64,000 bases of DNA from a candidate division WOR-3 bacterium. Lineage in GTDB: Bacteria > Hydrothermota > Tepidihabitantia > Tepidihabitantales > Tepidihabitantaceae. Below the pieces are notes generated by a model. That model was given only the letters and a program-made list of their open reading frames with translations, did no database searches and was not told the DNA's origin. Made by a program: the position numbers and the translations under genes. The stretch is from contig CBFGKH010000001.1 of assembly GCA_965649295.1 (NCBI GenBank), forward strand, positions 32,001-96,000, read 5' to 3'. How positions within the stretch are numbered: position 1 is the first letter of the stretch; each line of letters begins with the position of its first letter. This document shows, one piece after another, positions 22,489-31,866 of the stretch.

Positions 22489-23090
22489 GCTGTCCTCACA
22501 ATCCGCGAAAAGAAGTTAGCGAACAGTTGTTCGCCGGCAGGCCCTGATCGCTCCGGATGAAACTGCACGCCATACAACGGCAGTTGCGGGTGCCGCGCCG
22601 CCTCAACCGGACACGAAGACGACCTTGCCCCAATCTCCCAGCCAATACTTTGCAGTGACTCGGGAGTAACAAACTCACGGTGGCTCTCCCGCATCGTCGC
22701 GGCCGGCCTGAGTCCAGTGAAGAGCGGCCAGTCGGCCAGGAACTCTACATGCTCATCAAACTCCAGAAACCGTTCACCACTAACGACTACCGCGCCAAAG
22801 CTACGGCAGAGCAACTGGTGTCCAAAACAGATGCCGAGGGTTGGCAGAGTAATGACCTGACAGAATCCGACCAGCGCTGCTGGGGGCTCAGCTTCCGACA
22901 GCATCCACTGTGACCCGCTCAGAATCACCGCGTCGTATGAGCCAAGGTCAAACTCTGGTCCAACCTCACCAGCTTTGACTGTTATCACCTGAACTGAAAG
23001 ACGACCGGCCAGCTCCAGATAGCGACCAAGCTTCTGCTCGCCATCCCGCAGGTAGCAGTCAACGACCAGCGTTCGTGGTCTAGCCGTCAT
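22485..23090 (-). CDS. Stand-alone class I glutamine amidotransferase
   Basis: GICFGHQ and QFHPE triad motifs; start moved to ATG 23090. Confidence 0.85.
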   Translation of the reverse strand: MTARPRTLVVDCYLRDGEQKLGRYLELAGRLSVQVITVKAGEVGPEFDLGSYDAVILSGSQWMLSEAEPPAALVGFCQVITLPTLGICFGHQLLCRSFGAVVVSGERFLEFDEHVEFLADWPLFTGLRPAATMRESHREFVTPESLQSIGWEIGARSSSCPVEAARHPQLPLYGVQFHPERSGPAGEQLFANFFSRIVRTA

Positions 23091-23856
23091 CGTCCCAGTG
23101 AGCGATGAACGCATAGACATCATGATTGTGAATTGACTCGTGGCTTTCAACCGCCACCTCAAAACCGGTCACCAATGGGTGCTCGAGTAGCCTGCCAGCT
23201 ACTTTGCGCACCACGTCCTCGACAAACGCCGGATTAGCAAAAGCTCGGCTGGTCAGGTGCTGCTCATCCTCTCGCGCCAGCAGTGAATAGACCTGACTGG
23301 AACCGCAATCCTCAACCAACTCAATCAAGTCCTCAAGCCAGAGAAAGCCACGGAACTCGACCGCCACCTTGATCTCGGCTCGCTGATTGTGGGCCCCAAT
23401 CTCGACCATCTCCTTCGAACAAGGGCAGAGCGTTGCCACCGGCACGGTTACGCCGAGGCGGAGCCGAAAACGCTCACGTTGCTCAACCACTAGCCGACAG
23501 CGATACTCCATCAAACCACGCGCACCTGATATCGGAGCTCGCTTCTCGATGAAATAGGGAAACTCCATCTCCAGATGAGCCGATGCCGCGCCGAGCTCAC
23601 GGCGCATGTCCCGCAGGATTGTTCCGAGCTTATGGATGTCAATCTCCCGATGATAACGGTTAAGAATCTCAACAAACCGTCCCATCTGAGTACCACGGAA
23701 CTCCTTGGGCAGGTCAACAAACATGCTGATGTCAGCCACGGTGTGCTGCCGCCGGTGGGCCTTATCCAGCAACACGACTGGATAGCGAAGACCCTTGACA
23801 CCAACCTTGTCAATCGGGGTCGGAGTCGCGCTCGCTTCGCGGCGGATGTCGTGCAT
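23080..23856 (-). CDS. folE2: GTP cyclohydrolase IB (FolE2)
   Basis: IDKVGV, LCPCSK, AHNQR, FVEDVVR, ESIHNH; start moved to ATG 23856. Confidence 0.9.
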   Translation of the reverse strand: MHDIRREASATPTPIDKVGVKGLRYPVVLLDKAHRRQHTVADISMFVDLPKEFRGTQMGRFVEILNRYHREIDIHKLGTILRDMRRELGAASAHLEMEFPYFIEKRAPISGARGLMEYRCRLVVEQRERFRLRLGVTVPVATLCPCSKEMVEIGAHNQRAEIKVAVEFRGFLWLEDLIELVEDCGSSQVYSLLAREDEQHLTSRAFANPAFVEDVVRKVAGRLLEHPLVTGFEVAVESHESIHNHDVYAFIAHWDDDG

Positions 23857-23860
23857 AGAA

Positions 23861-24592
23861 CTACACCAGGGCGTGGGCCCGGAACGAATAGGACCGCTCG
23901 CCGGCAACGATGACGTGGTCAAACACCGGTATGCCGAGTATTCTGCCAGCCTCGACCAAACGTCGCGTCAATCGCAGGTCCTCATCCGACGGCGTCGGAT
24001 CACCGGATGGATGGTTGTGGGTCACAATGATGGCCGCAGCCTTAGCGCGCACTGCCCGTTCAAAGACCTCACGCGGATGGGCAAGCGTCGAATCAAGACT
24101 GCCGACTGAAATCCGCTGGACATGCTTCAAACGACTCCGAGCATCAAGCGCTAGGGCATAGAAACACTCCTTGCCCGGCTCCCGGGCGAGCTGGTTCACC
24201 ACCCGCACTACTGTCTTGTGGTCCGAAGCATCCGCTCCCAGTAGCTCGGTAACGTCTGGGCCATTTGGCTCAGACCGGGCAGCGCCCATTCGCTGCGCCA
24301 GTTCGAGCGCAGCCTTGATCTGGCATGCCTTGGCGCGCTTCACGCCTGGCACCTCAGTCAGCTCCTCGACCGAAGCCGCGGCCAGCTCAGCAAGGCTCCC
24401 AAACCTGGCGAGCAACTGCTCGGCCAGCGCCGTCGCTGTCATCCCTTTGGCGCCGACACGCAGCAGAATAGCCAGTAGCTCGTGAGTCTTCAGCTCCTGC
24501 GGTCCAAGCAACACCAGCCGTTCCCGTGGCCGCTCGATTTCCGGCAGGTCCTTGATCGTACGAGAAGCAACAGCTCCGCTCTTTCGACTCAC
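23861..24592 (-). CDS. radC: RadC/JAB domain protein
   Basis: ERPRERL, HhH, HPREVF, HNHPSGDPTPSDED, DHVI. Confidence 0.93.
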   Translation of the reverse strand: MSRKSGAVASRTIKDLPEIERPRERLVLLGPQELKTHELLAILLRVGAKGMTATALAEQLLARFGSLAELAAASVEELTEVPGVKRAKACQIKAALELAQRMGAARSEPNGPDVTELLGADASDHKTVVRVVNQLAREPGKECFYALALDARSRLKHVQRISVGSLDSTLAHPREVFERAVRAKAAAIIVTHNHPSGDPTPSDEDLRLTRRLVEAGRILGIPVFDHVIVAGERSYSFRAHALV

Positions 24593-24609
24593 ACTATCTC
24601 ACTGGAAGG

Positions 24610-25134
24610 TTACTCGCCCAAACTGAACTCCCAGGCACACCAGCTATCTTCAGGATGTGAGTCAGGCGGGCAGTGCAGGCAGCGAGTACGAATCCGCGGA
24701 TCAATCGTCCTGGCAAACCACTCGTATTCGACCAGTCCAACTGGCTTGCAGGGAAAATCTGGCAGCCCTTTTCGTTTCCGCGCCGACTGCACACGGCAGT
24801 CGCGCATCCGGAAAACGACCCGCCTCTCAGTCTGCTCAATCGTATCCTGGACATTAATGAAGGCATAAAGCCGGAACGAGAGGGCCCTGACCAGCGCTGC
24901 AATCCCACCGCCCGGCTCAATCCTGTGCCGTTCCACTATCCGTTTCGCCTCGATAACGGTGAATCGCCGCCAAGCCTCAATATCAGCTTGGACCGCGGCA
25001 TCCATTCCGTGTGCCTGCTCAACGGCCTGAAACCAAAGTCCATCGTGGGCAAGCCAGTTCTTGGCCGCATCCTCGATGATCCCGATCAGTTCTTCGCGAC
25101 TCAGTCCAACGAACTGTGGATAACGTTCACTCAT
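24610..25134 (-). CDS. DUF6125-type protein (Cys-containing, V4R-like fold)
   Basis: WLAHDGLWFQAVE, CRVQ..R, PCKPVG, CLHCPPD, WCAWEF; start moved to ATG 25134. Confidence 0.7.
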   Translation of the reverse strand: MSERYPQFVGLSREELIGIIEDAAKNWLAHDGLWFQAVEQAHGMDAAVQADIEAWRRFTVIEAKRIVERHRIEPGGGIAALVRALSFRLYAFINVQDTIEQTERRVVFRMRDCRVQSARKRKGLPDFPCKPVGLVEYEWFARTIDPRIRTRCLHCPPDSHPEDSWCAWEFSLGE

Positions 25135-25142
25135 CGCCCTTG

Positions 25143-25214
25143 ATGATAGAATTGTGCCCAGCCGTGTCAAACCCACTCGGCACAACTTGAGTGGTCAGAC
25201 TAGGATGGTATCAT
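25143..25214. promoter_or_regulatory. Back-to-back divergent promoters
   Basis: Minus: TTGACA(25170)-N16-TATCAT-N8-ATG; plus: TTGAGT(25187)-N16-TATCAT-N10-ATG. Confidence 0.6.
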
Positions 25215-25224
25215 CAATCGCGAT

Positions 25225-26541
25225 ATGTCATCCGACTCAGGCAGCGGGCCGCAGCCGCAGCTTTCCTCTGCCCGACCGTTCCCGACCTCTGACTCACAAC
25301 GCTGGGCTCGGATTGTCCTAGCGGGAATCGTAGTTCTGTTAGCGAGCTTCGCCGCCATCCTGCTTCTTTACCGCCCCAAGAGACCAGCTACCGCCAGACC
25401 GCAGTCCGTCCAAAAGAAACCAGTCGTACTTATCGAAACAACTGCTGCCGTCGTTCGGCCCCGCGAGGTACTCGCCACCGTCCTTGGCCGCGCCGGTCTC
25501 AACCCTGGCCACGCGAACCGCATCGCGGTTGCTCTGGACGCAGCCGGCTTCAACTCCCGCTTGATCCAACCCGGCGACTCAGTGCTCGTGATTCATGAAG
25601 ACAGCGTGCCGTGCCGACTTCTCTACCGCCGCAACTATGAGAGTGTCTATCAAGTTGATGTCGAATCAATCGACTGCCGCGTCTCGATGCTTGTGCGCCG
25701 CTTGCGACGCGAACCCTCACTAGTCGCCGGCACGATTCAGAACTCACTCTACGAAGCACTAACCGCCCTTGGCGAACGCCCTGAGCTCGTCTTTGACTAT
25801 GCCGATATCTTTGGCTGGGAGATAGACTTCTTCACCGAATGTCAACCCGGCGACTCGTTTCTCATCGTCGTCGAACGCAAGTATGCCGACACTACCTTTG
25901 TCGGCTACGGCCCGATTCTCGCCGCCCGTTACACCGGTCAGGTCGGCACGTTCAACGCCTGGCACTTCACCGACGGCGACAACCGCACCGACTACTACAA
26001 TGATGAAGGTCAGTCATTACGCAAGACCTTTCTCAAGTCACCGCTTCGCTTCTCCCGAGTTTCATCGTTCTTCGGCCGACGCCGCCACCCGATCTTGCGC
26101 CGGGTGCGGATGCACCATGGCGTTGACTATGTTGCACCTAAAGGAACGCCAGTTGACTGCGTGGCCGACGGCCGGGTCATTGCCGCTGGCTGGTCTGGCG
26201 GTTATGGACGACTAGTCGCAGTCGCCCATGCCAACGGCTACGAGACCCGCTACGGTCATCTCAGTGCCTTTGCTCGCGGTATCCGCGTTGGAACAACAGT
26301 AACCCAAGGCCAAACGATTGGCTACGTCGGCTCTAGCGGTCTATCCACTGGCCCGCATCTCCATTACGAAATAAGAAAGAACGGCCGCCCAACCAACCCG
26401 CTGCGGCTAGACCCGCCCCGGGCTGCGCCGGTCAATCCCTCCTACGAGCAACAATTCTTCGCTCACCGTGACTCACTGCGCCAGCTCATTGTGACGCTTT
26501 CGGCGCAGCCGCAGCCACCACCAACCCCAGCACTGCCTTAG
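25225..26541 (+). CDS. M23 family peptidoglycan DD-endopeptidase (MepM-like)
   Basis: N-terminal TM helix; HHGVD, YGHL, STGPHLHYE motifs. Confidence 0.9.
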   Translation: MSSDSGSGPQPQLSSARPFPTSDSQRWARIVLAGIVVLLASFAAILLLYRPKRPATARPQSVQKKPVVLIETTAAVVRPREVLATVLGRAGLNPGHANRIAVALDAAGFNSRLIQPGDSVLVIHEDSVPCRLLYRRNYESVYQVDVESIDCRVSMLVRRLRREPSLVAGTIQNSLYEALTALGERPELVFDYADIFGWEIDFFTECQPGDSFLIVVERKYADTTFVGYGPILAARYTGQVGTFNAWHFTDGDNRTDYYNDEGQSLRKTFLKSPLRFSRVSSFFGRRRHPILRRVRMHHGVDYVAPKGTPVDCVADGRVIAAGWSGGYGRLVAVAHANGYETRYGHLSAFARGIRVGTTVTQGQTIGYVGSSGLSTGPHLHYEIRKNGRPTNPLRLDPPRAAPVNPSYEQQFFAHRDSLRQLIVTLSAQPQPPPTPALP

Positions 26542-27223
26542 CCCCGGCCTGCAGTAGTGGCCGGGCCGCTGCATCGAGTGTCGCGCCGCTGGTACAGACA
26601 TCATCAACCAGTATCACGCTGCGACCGGTCACGACCGCCTCCGGTTTTAGCCTAAACGCACCCGCCAGATTCTGATATCGCGCCTTGGCATCGGGTCGGC
26701 CCGTCTGGGTCGGGGTGTTTCTGACCCTCTCAAGCGGCTGCTCAAAGGAGATCCCGGTTCTTAATGCCACAACCGCGGCTAACAGCTCGGACTGATTGTA
26801 GCCGCGTTCCCGCAAGCGGGCAGAATGCAGCGGCACAGCTACAACCGAGTCAGCCGTCCGGTAGTCAGGATCCTGCTCCACCAGGGCACCCAGGGCACTG
26901 CCTAAAAGCATGGCCAACCTGGTCTTACCATCATACTTCAATGCTTGAACAAGGTTGTGGAACGGGGCGGCATAGCAGCCTAGCGCTCGAACCCGCCGCA
27001 GAGCAAGCGGCCGGGAACAAAGCCCACAACCAGCGGCAGGCAACAGACAGGGCCGTCCGCACGCTGGACAGACGGCCAGCTCGCTGGTGTGCAAAAGCAG
27101 CCGGCAGGCATCGCACACCAGCCCAGCCTCAATTTCCGCATCACAACCACAGCAGAGCGGCGGATAGACAAAGTCGAGGAGTGAACCGAGTAAGAACCGA
27201 AGGCTACTGGCGAGAGCGGACAT
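26486..27223 (-). CDS. comF: ComF family protein (Zn ribbon + phosphoribosyltransferase domain)
   Basis: CxxC pairs, RGYNQ, LVDDVCTSGAT. Confidence 0.88.
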   Translation of the reverse strand: MSALASSLRFLLGSLLDFVYPPLCCGCDAEIEAGLVCDACRLLLHTSELAVCPACGRPCLLPAAGCGLCSRPLALRRVRALGCYAAPFHNLVQALKYDGKTRLAMLLGSALGALVEQDPDYRTADSVVAVPLHSARLRERGYNQSELLAAVVALRTGISFEQPLERVRNTPTQTGRPDAKARYQNLAGAFRLKPEAVVTGRSVILVDDVCTSGATLDAAARPLLQAGAKAVLGLVVAAAAPKASQ

Positions 27224-28001
27224 CGGCCGGCAGCGACCCGGCAGCCATCCGGTTGAACACTACAATCAGCACGATGCCGACAACCGTCAGTGACAACGCA
27301 ACAATTTGATTGCCCCAGAAGTTCGACGCATTTTCGTAATGCCGTACAAAATCAATGCCGAACCGAAACAGTGAATAGATAACGAGCATTATGCCAGTCA
27401 GGACACCTGGTTTCAGCTTGCGCCGTTCCAGAAGAAGAGCGATGCCAAACATTAGAAACCCGGCTGCCGAAGAGTAGAGCTGCGTTGGATGAATCGTCTG
27501 CTGCGGATAGGTCGCACCAGCCGGCGACGTCATCGGAAACACTACCCCGGTGAAACAACTTGTCGGCTTGCCGAAGCAGCAACCGTTCAGGAAACAGCCA
27601 ATCCGCGTGAACCCTTCACCGAGCAGAATTGCCGGCATGATGGCATCAAGCAGTGGCCGCACCGGTAGCTTGTTGCGCCAAACAAAAATGATCCCGGCAA
27701 GAATACCGCCCAGAAACCCGCCATAGAACATCAGTCCGGCCAGACCACCGCGCCAAAAGGCAATGATGCCGATCAAGTCGTTCTCAAACTCGCTCCAATG
27801 GAATGCGACATAGAAAAGCCGCGACCCCACCACAACCGCAATTAGAATCCAAAGGGCCAGGTCAGTAATCTTCTTCGGTTCGACACCGAACCGCTTGGCC
27901 CGGCGCTCGACCAGCGCAATGCCGAGGATGAACGAAATGAAGAGCATCACGCCGTATGAATAGACGTGCATATTGCCGAGCTTCAGTAATGTTGGGAACA
28001 T
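27204..28001 (-). CDS. lgt: Prolipoprotein diacylglyceryl transferase
   Basis: YSYG, GSRLFY, FYGG, RIGCFLNGCC, HPTQLY. Confidence 0.92.
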   Translation of the reverse strand: MFPTLLKLGNMHVYSYGVMLFISFILGIALVERRAKRFGVEPKKITDLALWILIAVVVGSRLFYVAFHWSEFENDLIGIIAFWRGGLAGLMFYGGFLGGILAGIIFVWRNKLPVRPLLDAIMPAILLGEGFTRIGCFLNGCCFGKPTSCFTGVVFPMTSPAGATYPQQTIHPTQLYSSAAGFLMFGIALLLERRKLKPGVLTGIMLVIYSLFRFGIDFVRHYENASNFWGNQIVALSLTVVGIVLIVVFNRMAAGSLPADVRSRQ

Positions 28002-28007
28002 CAGGTT

Positions 28008-28035
28008 ATCGTAAAGGCTGAGCTGCCGGAGTCAA
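28008..28035 (-). promoter_or_regulatory. Leaderless promoter for lgt
   Basis: TTGACT-N16-TACGAT-N6-ATG. Confidence 0.65.
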
Positions 28036-28124
28036 GCCACACCGCCTGCCAGCAACACAGATACTGGTGGCCGGTTAGTACTGCCAGTGGCACCCGCCTT
28101 CTGCCAACTTGACATCGGCACAGT

Positions 28125-29192
28125 CTAGAACCTGGCCGTTCCGAACGGCGCTGGTACGATTGTCAGCACTAGCAGGACCAGCCCGATGACAGCCAATAAC
28201 CAGTCAGTACGGGACAGCGGCGTGATATCATCGAGCGGCGGCGGATGTCGCAGTCCGAAAAAGAGACTAAGCAACGTCCAGAATGGCCAGCCCATCCAAA
28301 ACAATCCGCCCACAAACAATAGACCGATGACGACCAGGCTCAGCCTGGTCCAGCGCCTCCCGAACACTGCATAGGCGACATGCCCGCCATCAAGCTGACC
28401 GACCGGCAACAGATTGAGACCCGTCACAAACAATCCCAGCCAACCGGCAAAAGCCAGCGGGTGAAGTAGCACATCCTGACCTGGTCCAAGATTCGGATGC
28501 AGCAACTTGGATGCTACCCAGAACACAAGTGAGGACCCGAGTTGAATTCCCGGCGTGCTGCCGACTGAGACCGGCGTTGACAGAGCCAGGCCGATAACAG
28601 TGACCGGCAGCGCCACGAGAAAGCCCACCAGCGGTCCAGCCACTCCCACCCGCACCAGCGCGCCGCGACTCGGCACCGGCGAAGTCATTCGGATGAAGGC
28701 ACCCATCGTGCCGGTCAACGGATGCGGCACCGGCAAGAAATATGGCAGTGAGGCATCAACTCCATGCCGTCGCGCTGTCAGGTAGTGGGCCAACTCGTGT
28801 GAACCGAGTATCAGCAGGATGCCAGCAGAGAAAGGTAGGCCCAACAGTAGGTCAAGGGGCTGGCGGAACGGGTTGCCACCACGATTGACTGCTCCGACGA
28901 AAAGAGTCGTCAGGATCGTTGCCAGAAACAGTAGAACATTCACCCAGACCTTTGGTCTTCGCCGTTCCCAACGCCGACCGTAGAGAATGATGTGCTCGTC
29001 GCCGGATCGCTCAAAGTAAACCAAGTAACCAGAATCAGCAAGAAGTCGGCGCAGCCCAATGATACTCTCTGACACTGGTTCTCTTAGTCTGCCAGTTATG
29101 CGATTGCCTTGGACGGCAGTCACGTCCATATACCTGTTTATTTTCTCAAGAGCAGGATCAGAATAATCGTTGGCCACCGGCTGATCAGTCAT
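28125..29192 (-). CDS. Site-2 protease (peptidase M50)
   Basis: HELAH, AGP, NLLPVGQLDGGH; start moved to ATG 29192. Confidence 0.88.
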   Translation of the reverse strand: MTDQPVANDYSDPALEKINRYMDVTAVQGNRITGRLREPVSESIIGLRRLLADSGYLVYFERSGDEHIILYGRRWERRRPKVWVNVLLFLATILTTLFVGAVNRGGNPFRQPLDLLLGLPFSAGILLILGSHELAHYLTARRHGVDASLPYFLPVPHPLTGTMGAFIRMTSPVPSRGALVRVGVAGPLVGFLVALPVTVIGLALSTPVSVGSTPGIQLGSSLVFWVASKLLHPNLGPGQDVLLHPLAFAGWLGLFVTGLNLLPVGQLDGGHVAYAVFGRRWTRLSLVVIGLLFVGGLFWMGWPFWTLLSLFFGLRHPPPLDDITPLSRTDWLLAVIGLVLLVLTIVPAPFGTARF

Positions 29193-29229
29193 TTCTGTTA
29201 GACGCGACCGAGCGCAGTTTGGCTCCAAA

Positions 29230-30273
29230 CTAACAAATGCGCGGCAGCTGCTCTCCTTCAAGCATCAGCAGCGGCCGCAGTGACCCGAGTTCGGTAGCGA
29301 GCCATACGCCCTGACGCTCAGCCGTGACTTCACCGATTACCGCTGCCCTACGGCCATACCGATGCCGCCGCAATTCCTGAACCACCTTATCAGCAACGCT
29401 CGCCTTGCAGACCAACACCGCCTTGCCTTCGTTAGCCATATACAGCGGGTCAAGCCCAAGCAGACGGGCAACTCCTCGCACCTCCTTGGCAATCGGAATC
29501 GCCTCCTCCCAGACGACAAAGCCAAGTCCGGTCTGCTGTGCAAACTCACAGAGTGTCGTCGCCAGTCCGCCACGCGTCGGGTCACGCGCCAACCGGACCT
29601 CGTACTTCTTCAGCACCGACAGCAACATCTCGGCAAGCGGCGCGCAGTCGCTCCTCACCCTTGCTCGAAACCGATAGTTGCCACGCGCCAGCCCAACTGC
29701 CGCCTCGTGCTCGCCGATACCGCCGGTCAGAATCACTCTGTCACCCGACCGCACCTGCTCGGCTCCCAGCCGCACACCGGCCACCTGCTCACCGATTCCG
29801 GTCACATTGATGTAAAGCCCTTCGTCGCCGCCGCGCTCGATGACTTTGGTGTCACCAGTTACCACTGTCGCACCGACCAGCCGCGCAGTCCTGCCCAGCG
29901 ACCGACAGACCCGTTCGAGCTCACCAATCGCCAGTCCTTCGCGCAACACGAACCCGACTGCCAGGAATCGTGCGCGCGCACCCATCACCGCCAAGTCATT
30001 CACCGTTCCACAGACTGCTAGTTTTCCAATATCACCACCCGGGAAGAATAGCGGCTGGACTACATACGAATCGGTCGAAATGGCAATCGCTCCTGTTCGA
30101 AGTCGTACCCTAGCCGCATCTTCCATTCGCCGCAGTGCCGGCGAGCCAAAGTGCTTCTGAAACACCTGGGCAATCAGCCGGTGCATCTTTCTGCCACCAG
30201 CCCCATGTCCTAGGACAATCCGGTCATCCCTGATTTCACCGACAACAACCGACTGCCAGCTAGTTCCGCTCAT
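29230..30273 (-). CDS. hypE: Hydrogenase maturation protein HypE
   Basis: HGAGG, DSYVV, GTVNDL, DPTRGG, C-terminal PRIC; start moved to ATG 30273. Confidence 0.95.
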   Translation of the reverse strand: MSGTSWQSVVVGEIRDDRIVLGHGAGGRKMHRLIAQVFQKHFGSPALRRMEDAARVRLRTGAIAISTDSYVVQPLFFPGGDIGKLAVCGTVNDLAVMGARARFLAVGFVLREGLAIGELERVCRSLGRTARLVGATVVTGDTKVIERGGDEGLYINVTGIGEQVAGVRLGAEQVRSGDRVILTGGIGEHEAAVGLARGNYRFRARVRSDCAPLAEMLLSVLKKYEVRLARDPTRGGLATTLCEFAQQTGLGFVVWEEAIPIAKEVRGVARLLGLDPLYMANEGKAVLVCKASVADKVVQELRRHRYGRRAAVIGEVTAERQGVWLATELGSLRPLLMLEGEQLPRIC

Positions 30274-31351
30274 ACTTGTAGTACGCTGCACAGGCACCTT
30301 CCGATGATACCATGCACGGACCAAACGGCCGTTCCGGGGTGCAGCGACGCGCAAAGAGACCACAGTCGGTTGGCAGCAGCCTCCCTAGCATCACCTCACC
30401 GCACCGACAGCTGCTCTTCTTTGGTCGGACAGGCCTGACATCAAACCGCTGCCACGCATCGAACTCTGCAAACTCCGCCCGTAAACGCAGTCCCGAATCA
30501 GGAATCGTGCCGATACCACGCCACGACGCAGCACATGGTTCAAACACCTGTGCCATCAACTGGCGAGCAACCTGATTGCCCTCGACACGCACGCTGCGGC
30601 GATACTGCACCGCCACCTCTGGCCCGCTCTGCAACTGTTCAAGCAGTGACAGTATGGCCTGCAGCACATCCAGCGCCTCAAACCCTGCCACGCAACTCGG
30701 CATTCGGTACCTCTCTACAAGAAACCGATAGGGTTCAGAACCAATGATTGTCGAGACATGCCCCGGCAGAATGAATCCATCAATCCGACTTCCTTCATTT
30801 GCAGCAATGTAGTCCAGTGCCGGCGGAATCAACTTGAACATCGTCAGCACCGTGAAGTTGCGCAGACCGGCTTCTTTGGCTGAAACCAGTGCTGCCGCCA
30901 CGGTCGGAATCGTTGTCTCAAAACCGACACCGAGAAAAACAAACTCACCCGGCTCAGCCTTGGCCATTCGGACAGCATCAAGTGGTGAATAGACAACACG
31001 GACATCCGCACCCGCGGCCCGGGCAGTTTCGAGCGAACCACCACTACCCGGCACTCGCAACATATCACCGAAAGTGACAACCTTCACCCCTTCCCTTCTG
31101 GCTAAGCTGACACAGGCGTCAATCTCCTCCTGCGCTGTCACACAAACCGGACATCCTGGTCCGGAAAGCAGCCGCAGCCGATCATCAACTGCCCGCCGGA
31201 TGCCAGAGCTTGATATCGCCATCGTGTGGGTTCCACAAACCTCCATTAGATTGATCTCCGCTCGCTCGCGACATAGTTCGGCAACGATTTGGTTGATGCG
31301 ACGAAGCAAAGCCCTGGCCACCACCGATTCTGAAGCGCTCTGCTTCTTCAT
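30260..31351 (-). CDS. hypD: Hydrogenase maturation protein HypD
   Basis: MEVCGTHT, GPGCPVC, GFETT, PGHVS, CMVSSEGAC. Confidence 0.96.
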   Translation of the reverse strand: MKKQSASESVVARALLRRINQIVAELCRERAEINLMEVCGTHTMAISSSGIRRAVDDRLRLLSGPGCPVCVTAQEEIDACVSLARREGVKVVTFGDMLRVPGSGGSLETARAAGADVRVVYSPLDAVRMAKAEPGEFVFLGVGFETTIPTVAAALVSAKEAGLRNFTVLTMFKLIPPALDYIAANEGSRIDGFILPGHVSTIIGSEPYRFLVERYRMPSCVAGFEALDVLQAILSLLEQLQSGPEVAVQYRRSVRVEGNQVARQLMAQVFEPCAASWRGIGTIPDSGLRLRAEFAEFDAWQRFDVRPVRPKKSSCRCGEVMLGRLLPTDCGLFARRCTPERPFGPCMVSSEGACAAYYKYERN

Positions 31352-31356
31352 AGCTG

Positions 31357-31384
31357 ATTATAGTTGCGGTCTACTCACGGTCAA
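31357..31384 (-). promoter_or_regulatory. Leaderless promoter for hypDE
   Basis: TTGACC-N16-TATAAT-N5-ATG. Confidence 0.7.
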
Positions 31385-31463
31385 CGAACCTGACCGCTGG
31401 CAGTTCCACATCTGACTACCGCCTCCCATACTCAACCGCACAAGCATGGATGTGACTGCCTCG

Positions 31464-31828
31464 TGCACCCCTTTCTAGGTGCAGAACCGAACCGTTCACA
31501 TCGGTTCTAACACTCGGTTCTACAATCTGATAGCCGGATTCTCGTAGTTACCCCTCCCCTGTCTCCGGGGTTGTCGCCGATGCTCCTGCCAAGTCCCTCA
31601 GGCACAAGCCTGGTCAAGGCACTTACCAATAGACCAGCGACTGGACTCAGAACTAAGCCATCGCAGCAGCCCGCGACTGAGCAGGATGACAGCTTCCGCA
31701 GGATGCCTCGGAAACCCCAAGAGACCGGGCTTCGAGAGCTACCCTCGCTTGGGCGCGCAGACGACCCTCACTAGGGCCACGACCGAGCCTTCCCAGTACG
31801 GTCTCGATGCTGGCTTTGCTTGACGCTA
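31464..31828 (-). repeat. Copy A of a dispersed element: ~23 degenerate 12-bp units (31553-31828) plus conserved cassette (31464-31552)
   Basis: On the minus strand position 3 of the 12-mer is a purine in 23/23 units; cassette GCTATCAGATTGTA (31534-31521), TTAG, GGTTCGG, TGCACC-N8-GGTGCA matches copy B without gaps. Confidence 0.8.
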
Positions 31829-31866
31829 CCGGATCCTAATGTCGGAGCGACTGTTCCGCGCCGACA

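Noticed and set aside
23861..24592. radC as marker of a mobile or defence island
   Set aside because: Full-length chromosomal type among housekeeping genes; no integrase or composition shift.
26486..26541. Convergent 3' overlaps (M23/comF; also bamA/GATase and nadC/dprA)
   Set aside because: Short tail overlaps are ordinary in compact genomes.
31571..31774. 67-aa ORF across array copy A
   Set aside because: No SD; the equivalent antisense frame in copy B has stops.
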